Source of the DNA: Chlamydiota bacterium | GTDB taxonomy: Bacteria > Chlamydiota > Chlamydiia > Chlamydiales > Rhabdochlamydiaceae | Direction: 5' to 3' | Assembly: GCA_013288075.1 (NCBI GenBank) | Contig: JABDCQ010000002.1 | Coordinates: 32,447 to 96,446 of the forward strand | DNA: 64,000 bases | In this document: piece after piece, positions 59,001 to 64,000 of the stretch | Numbering within the stretch: the first letter of the stretch is position 1 | Layout of the letters: the number at the start of each line of letters is the position of its first letter | The notes under the pieces: generated by a model | What the model saw: only the letters and a program-made list of their open reading frames with translations | The model's database searches: none | Told to the model about the DNA's origin: nothing | Made by a program: the position numbers and the translations under genes

Positions 59001-59824
59001 ATCATTCGATGCAAGCCCTTGAAATGCAGCATAAAACAGAAATAGAGTTTATGCGCAAAGGAGACACCGAACTAGATCCAGGCGTTATTCGTCAGGTGAA
59101 AGTTTATGTCGCATCAAAGCGTAAGCTTCAAGTGGGCGATAAGATGGCAGGACGCCACGGAAACAAAGGGGTCGTGTCTAAAATTGTTCCAGAAGCCGAT
59201 ATGCCTTACTTAAATGATGGACAATCTGTTGAGATTATTCTAAACCCTCTTGGGGTGCCATCCCGTATGAATATGGGACAGCTTCTTGAGACGCACTTAG
59301 GATTTGCGGCTAGAAAATCGGGAATATATGTAAAGAGCCCTGTATTTGAAGGCTTCCCAGAATCACGTATTTGGGAAATGATGAAAGAGCTAGGTCTTCC
59401 AGAAGATGGTAAAATGCATCTTTATGATGGAAGATCGGGTTCTCGCTTCGATAATCGCGTGGTTGTTGGATATATTTATATCCTGAAACTTAGTCACCTT
59501 GTGGCAGATAAGATTCACGCACGCTCTATTGGCCCTTATTCTCTTGTTACTCAGCAACCTCTTGGCGGTAAAGCCCAGATGGGAGGTCAGAGATTTGGAG
59601 AGATGGAAGTGTGGGCTCTTGAAGCGTATGGTGCAGCAAATCTTCTTCAAGAGATGATGACCGTAAAATCAGATGATGTCGCTGGACGTACCCGTATTTA
59701 TGAGTCGATTGTCAAAGGAGACAATTTACTTGTTGCCGGGATTCCTGAGTCTCGAAACGTCTTATTTAAAGAGATGCAAGGTCTTTGCCTTGATGTACGT
59801 ACAGAAAAAGTTACAGAAATCTAG
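56060..59824 (+). CDS. rpoB: RNA polymerase beta subunit
   Basis: [29 protein letters not shown] and GQRFGEME motifs. Confidence 0.99.
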   Translation: MLKRPPQRVSFREKEEIIDLPNLIEIQIKSYNQFLQTNKLPHERENVGIQEVFTEIFPIKSYDEKTILEYLSYSLGVPKYTPEECIRRGITYNVTLKIKFRLTDETGIKEEEVYMGTLPVMTEKGTFIINGAERVIVSQLHRSPGISFEQERHPKGMTIYSCRIIPYRGSWLEGAFDTNDLIYIYVDRKKRRRKVLATSFIRTLGFSTDADIIEEFFSTIKVKIRSEKDFTKLVGKILAEDVIEEASGVVFGKASEKLTTAMLKRMLDAEITSVRIAEDADETSPIIKMLAKDPTDSYESALKDFYRKIRPGEPATLSNARSAIMRLFFDPKRYNLGKVGRYKLNSKLGIPTTDEELLNVTLRKEDVVGAVKYLIRLKKGDENAVVDDIDHLGNRRVRSVGELIQNQCRVGLARMEKIIKERMNLFDFSSDTLTPGKVVSAKGLAGVLKDFFGRSQLSQFMDQTNPVAELTHKRRLSSLGPGGLNRERAGFEVRDVHPSHYGRICPIETPEGPNIGLITSLSSFAKINEFGFIETPYRIVRNGVVTDEIEYMTADQEEHCVIAQASAPLDELHMFVEPLCWARFRGESLKIDTAKITHMDVSSKQLVSIVTGLIPFLEHDDANRALMGSNMQRQGVPLLKTDAPIVGTGLEARTARDSGAVIIAEEDGVVEFADAFKITVAAKANPLNKKTYVLKKFLRSNAGTCVNQTPICTVGDVVKAGDVIADGPATDKGEVALGKNVLVAFMPWCGYNYEDAIIISEKLLREDYYTSIYLEEFELTARDTKLGKEEITKDIPNVSEEALSNLGDDGIIRVGAEVKPGDILVGKITPKTETELAPEERLLRAIFGEKAADVKDASLTAPPGTEGIVMDVKVFSRRDRLSKTDDELVEETSRIKNIHHDYKAREAEILMEFHEKVGALLLGENAPGPIMHRKTGDILIREGEEITQEMIETLETEKVEDLIISDHELYTALKEILIHFDHSMQALEMQHKTEIEFMRKGDTELDPGVIRQVKVYVASKRKLQVGDKMAGRHGNKGVVSKIVPEADMPYLNDGQSVEIILNPLGVPSRMNMGQLLETHLGFAARKSGIYVKSPVFEGFPESRIWEMMKELGLPEDGKMHLYDGRSGSRFDNRVVVGYIYILKLSHLVADKIHARSIGPYSLVTQQPLGGKAQMGGQRFGEMEVWALEAYGAANLLQEMMTVKSDDVAGRTRIYESIVKGDNLLVAGIPESRNVLFKEMQGLCLDVRTEKVTEI

Positions 59825-59844
59825 TTTAAGTTTAGGGAGACTCC

Positions 59845-62800
59845 ATGTCGTTAGATGAACATAATGATTCCCAGTTTGATAAACTCACCCTCAAGATTGC
59901 ATCCGATGATGTTATCCGCAATGAATGGTCAAGAGGAGAAATCAAAAAGCCGGAAACGATTAACTACAGAACATTCAAACCTGAAAAAGGGGGATTGTTC
60001 TGTGAGAAGATATTTGGACCCACTAAGGATTGGGAATGCGCATGCGGTAAATATAAGAAAATTAAACACAAAGGGATCGTCTGCGACCGTTGCGGCGTTG
60101 AAGTGACCCTTTCTAAGGTCAGACGTGAAAGAATGGCCCACATCGATTTAGCAGTTCCTGTTGTGCATATTTGGTTTTTTAAAACCATGCCAACAAGAAT
60201 TGGTAATATCTTGGGGATGACTTCAGCTGATCTAGAGCGTGTGATTTATTATGAAGAGTATGTCGTTGTCGATCCAGGCCGTACTACATTAGAAAAAAAG
60301 CAGCTTCTTAATGATACCGAACTGAGAGAAGCTCAAGAGAAATGGGGATCTGATTCCTTTGCTGCCAAAATGGGTGGCGATGCGATCCGTGAACTTCTTG
60401 AAAAAGAAGACCTCTCTATTCTTGCAGCTGATCTAAAAGATAAATTGCGTAAGACAAAGTCTATGCAAGCAAGAATGAAGATAGCAAAGCGTCTTAAGAT
60501 TGTAGAAAGCTTTATGTCTTCTCCTAATAGACCTGACTGGATGGTCATGTCAGCTGTTCCTGTTATCCCTCCTGAACTAAGACCTTTAGTTCCTTTAGAT
60601 GGAGGAAGATTTGCAACCTCTGATTTGAACGATCTTTATCGCCGCGTTATTAACCGTAATAACCGTTTGAAGTCGATCCTAAAACTCAAGACTCCTGATG
60701 TGATTGTCCGTAATGAAAAGAGAATGCTACAAGAAGCTGTAGATGCTCTTTTTGATAATGGACGTCATGGACATCCTGTGATGGGAGCTGGTAACCGTCC
60801 TCTGAAATCCCTTTCAGAAATGTTAAAAGGGAAGCAAGGACGTTTCCGTCAAAACCTTCTTGGAAAAAGGGTAGACTATTCAGGTCGTTCCGTTATTATT
60901 GTTGGTCCTGAACTTCGCTTTAACCAATGCGGTCTTCCTAAGCAAATGGCCCTTGAGCTTTTTGAACCGTTTATTGTGAAACGCTTAAAAGATCTAGGCT
61001 ATGTATACACGATCCGTTCGGCGAAAAAAATGATTCAAAAACAAGCTCCTGAAGTATGGGATGTTTTGGAAGAGATCATTAAAGGGCATCCGGTCTTATT
61101 AAACCGTGCTCCTACGCTGCATAGACTTGGTATTCAAGCTTTTGAGCCAGTTCTTATTGAAGGAAAAGCGCTTCGCATTCACCCTCTTGTCTGTACAGCT
61201 TTTAACGCTGACTTTGACGGTGACCAAATGGCGGTGCACGTACCCCTTTCTATTGAAGCGCAGCTCGAAGCAAAGCTCCTTATGATGGCACCAGATAATA
61301 TTTTCTTACCATCATCTGGAAAACCTGTAGCTGTTCCTTCTCAGGATATGATTTTAGGTCTTTATTACCTAATGTACGATCCTTTGTACAACCCTGAAGA
61401 GCATGGCCAAAAGAGCAAGCTTTTTGGAAGTATGAAAGAGGTGCTTTTAGCCCTTAATTCAGGCGGAAGCTATAACTGGTTTGAAGCAGACGGGAAAAAA
61501 GAAGGTAGACGCGATGATCTTGGAAGAGGACTTCGTCTCCATGAGAAAATCAAACTTAAGTTAGATACAGGAATTATTGAAACAACGCCAGGTCGCGTCC
61601 TTTTCAATACGATAGTACCTAAAGAACTTGGATTCCAAAACTACTCTCTTCGCAAGAAGAAGATGAGTGAGCTTGTTCTTGAGACATATAAGAAAGTCGG
61701 CCTTGAAGCCACTGTACGTTTCTTGGATAACCTAAAGAATCTTGGATTTGCTGAAGCTACAAGAGCGGCTCTTTCTATGGGTGTATGCGATGTGCGTGTA
61801 CCTCCAAATAAAACTAAAGTGATTGACGCTGCTTATGAACGTATTAAAATTGTTCTTAAACAGTATGAAGACGGTGTGATCACAGATGGTGAGAGAAAAT
61901 CTAAGATCATTAGTATTTGGACAGAAGTTTCCGATGTGCTTTCTGAAGAACTCTTTAAGCTTATTAGTGAAACCAAAACAGAAGAGCTAAATCCTTTATT
62001 CTTGATGATGGATTCTGGAGCTCGTGGTAACAAATCTCAGGTAAAACAGTTAGGAGCGCTTCGCGGTTTGATGGCGAAACCTTCTGGCGAGATTATTGAG
62101 TTCCCGATTACTGCGAACTTCCGTGAAGGATTGAGCGTTCTTGAGTTCTTTATTTCGTCGCACGGTGCTCGTAAAGGTCTTGCCGATACAGCGCTAAAAA
62201 CGGCCGACTCAGGGTACTTAACAAGACGTCTTGTTGATGTAGCTCAAGATGTACTTGTTACAGAGCTTGATTGCGGTACATTGAATGGCATTGAAGTTGC
62301 GGCAATTAAACAGGGCCAAGAAGAACTTCTTCCTATAAAAGATCGTATCTTTGGACGTACTGTATGCGATGATATTTATCAGCCAGGCGATAGCACAAAA
62401 CTTCTTGCAAAAGCAGGAAATACGTTAACTGTCTTTCAAGCTGAGGCAATTGATGACGCTGGTATTGAATCCATTAAAATGCGCTCTGCAATGACCTGCG
62501 AATCCAAAAGAGGTGTTTGCGCAAAATGTTACGGCTTAAACCTTGCTAACGGAAAAATTGTTGGCTTAGGAGAGGCTGTAGGGATTATTGCTGCGCAATC
62601 GATTGGGGAGCCTGGAACACAGCTTACGATGAGAACGTTCCACTTGGGTGGTATTGCGTCTGCATCGCTTAGCCCAGAGCTTGTTTCGGAACATGAAGGC
62701 GTCTTAATTTATAAAGATTTGCGTACCGTTCAAAATGAAGAAGGCATTTGGCTTGCTTTAAATAAAAACGGAACCTTGCACATTGTGCGTGATGAAGGAA

Positions 62801-64000
62801 GAACAATAGAAGAGTACAAAAAACTTTTAAGTACAAAATCTATTGAGCCTCTTCAAACCTTTAACATTGAGCTTGGAACACGTATTCTTTTAGCTGATGG
62901 CGCAAAGATTAAGAAGAAAACTAAAATTGCCCTTTGGGAACAGCATAATATCCCTATTATTTGCGAGCGCCCAGGGTATGTTAAATATGAAGACCTTGTT
63001 GAAGGGATCTCTACGCAACGTGAAGTCAATAAGCAAACAGGTCAGTCTGAGCTTATTGTGAAGCAACATAGAGGCGAGCTACATCCGCAGATCGTGATTT
63101 ATGCAGATGCTCAACATAAGGAACTTATAGGAACGTATGCGATTCCTTCGGGAGCGTTTATTTCCGTACACGATGGACAAAAAGTAACAGCTGGTATGCT
63201 TCTTGCTAGACTTCCAAGAGGAGCTATTAAGACAAAAGATATTACTGGGGGTCTTCCTCGTGTGGCTGAACTATTTGAAGCCCGTAAACCTAAAGATGCT
63301 GCAGAGATTGCAAAAATCGATGGGGTTGTGGATTTCCGTGGCGTTCAGAAAAATAAGCGGATTGTTGTGGTGCGCGATGAAGAGACAGGAATGGAAGAAG
63401 AACATCTCATTCCTCTAACCAAGCACTTAATTATCCAAAGAGGCGATAATGTAGTTAAAGGACAACAGCTTACAGACGGTCTTGTCATTCCTCATGAGAT
63501 TCTTGAGATTTGCGGAGTGCGCGAACTTCAGAAATATCTTGTGAACCAGGTGCAAGAAGTTTACCGTCTACAAGGTGTGGACATTAACGACAAACACATT
63601 GAAATTATTGTGCGTCAGATGCTTAGAAAAGTGCGTGTTACAGATCCAGGAGACACTGTGTTCTTGTATGGAGAAGATGTGGATAGTAAGAACTTCTTCC
63701 ATCAAAACAGAAAGGTTGTGGAAGCTGGAGAAAGACCTGCCCACGCAGTTCCTGTTCTTCTTGGAATCACCAAAGCTTCACTTGAAACAGACTCTATTAT
63801 TTCAAGAGCGGCTTTCCAAGAAACAACACGTGTTCTTACAGATGCTGCCACCGAAGGGAAAACGGACTATCTTCTCGACTTTAAATCTAACCTCATCATG
63901 GGTCACCAGATCCCAGGGGGAACAGGGTTTAGACAGTTTAGAGACCGCTTGAGCAAATTTATGGATCAAGAAGAAGTCAATGATGATCATATCTTCGACT
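59845..64000 (+). CDS. rpoC: RNA polymerase beta' subunit (runs off the window; missing from the ORF track)
   Basis: [42 protein letters not shown] and IPGGTG motifs. Confidence 0.99.
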   Translation, partial: MSLDEHNDSQFDKLTLKIASDDVIRNEWSRGEIKKPETINYRTFKPEKGGLFCEKIFGPTKDWECACGKYKKIKHKGIVCDRCGVEVTLSKVRRERMAHIDLAVPVVHIWFFKTMPTRIGNILGMTSADLERVIYYEEYVVVDPGRTTLEKKQLLNDTELREAQEKWGSDSFAAKMGGDAIRELLEKEDLSILAADLKDKLRKTKSMQARMKIAKRLKIVESFMSSPNRPDWMVMSAVPVIPPELRPLVPLDGGRFATSDLNDLYRRVINRNNRLKSILKLKTPDVIVRNEKRMLQEAVDALFDNGRHGHPVMGAGNRPLKSLSEMLKGKQGRFRQNLLGKRVDYSGRSVIIVGPELRFNQCGLPKQMALELFEPFIVKRLKDLGYVYTIRSAKKMIQKQAPEVWDVLEEIIKGHPVLLNRAPTLHRLGIQAFEPVLIEGKALRIHPLVCTAFNADFDGDQMAVHVPLSIEAQLEAKLLMMAPDNIFLPSSGKPVAVPSQDMILGLYYLMYDPLYNPEEHGQKSKLFGSMKEVLLALNSGGSYNWFEADGKKEGRRDDLGRGLRLHEKIKLKLDTGIIETTPGRVLFNTIVPKELGFQNYSLRKKKMSELVLETYKKVGLEATVRFLDNLKNLGFAEATRAALSMGVCDVRVPPNKTKVIDAAYERIKIVLKQYEDGVITDGERKSKIISIWTEVSDVLSEELFKLISETKTEELNPLFLMMDSGARGNKSQVKQLGALRGLMAKPSGEIIEFPITANFREGLSVLEFFISSHGARKGLADTALKTADSGYLTRRLVDVAQDVLVTELDCGTLNGIEVAAIKQGQEELLPIKDRIFGRTVCDDIYQPGDSTKLLAKAGNTLTVFQAEAIDDAGIESIKMRSAMTCESKRGVCAKCYGLNLANGKIVGLGEAVGIIAAQSIGEPGTQLTMRTFHLGGIASASLSPELVSEHEGVLIYKDLRTVQNEEGIWLALNKNGTLHIVRDEGRTIEEYKKLLSTKSIEPLQTFNIELGTRILLADGAKIKKKTKIALWEQHNIPIICERPGYVKYEDLVEGISTQREVNKQTGQSELIVKQHRGELHPQIVIYADAQHKELIGTYAIPSGAFISVHDGQKVTAGMLLARLPRGAIKTKDITGGLPRVAELFEARKPKDAAEIAKIDGVVDFRGVQKNKRIVVVRDEETGMEEEHLIPLTKHLIIQRGDNVVKGQQLTDGLVIPHEILEICGVRELQKYLVNQVQEVYRLQGVDINDKHIEIIVRQMLRKVRVTDPGDTVFLYGEDVDSKNFFHQNRKVVEAGERPAHAVPVLLGITKASLETDSIISRAAFQETTRVLTDAATEGKTDYLLDFKSNLIMGHQIPGGTGFRQFRDRLSKFMDQEEVNDDHIFD

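Noticed and set aside
54263..63990. Antisense and alternate-frame ORFs across rplA, rpoB and rpoC
   Set aside because: They are shadows of conserved genes. rpoC is absent from the track only because its stop lies beyond the window.

Overview
This looks like a chromosome segment from an environmental Chlamydiota bacterium. The assignment is inferred from the gene orders DUF1207/LOG/MYG1/HIT/HEAT and sufE-infA-tRNAThr-tuf-tRNATrp-secE-nusG-rplKAJL-rpoBC. About 39.5-64 kb is core genome. About 1-39.5 kb is accessory: effector-like genes, many enzymes with signal peptides, and internally deleted gene remnants. It also holds two decayed islands in tandem at a tRNA(CAT), marked by two displaced copies of the tRNA 3' half and an integrase relic. 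Five signals stand out. (1) At least eight long, self-complementary intergenic elements in several families; two families share a terminal TACGCRTAA..CTAA motif, and several copies supply stop codons to neighbours. (2) A strand-asymmetric halo of C-ending codons on the strand running into these elements. (3) A signal-peptide-bearing PurA homologue with a rebuilt aspartate pocket, coupled to a secreted HH..SGHY protein. (4) An NNPG-domain/lipase fusion followed by two paralogous membrane proteins, resembling a toxin-immunity module. (5) Clustered substitutions in the RNA polymerase switch region. All calls were made by eye; no database searches were run.
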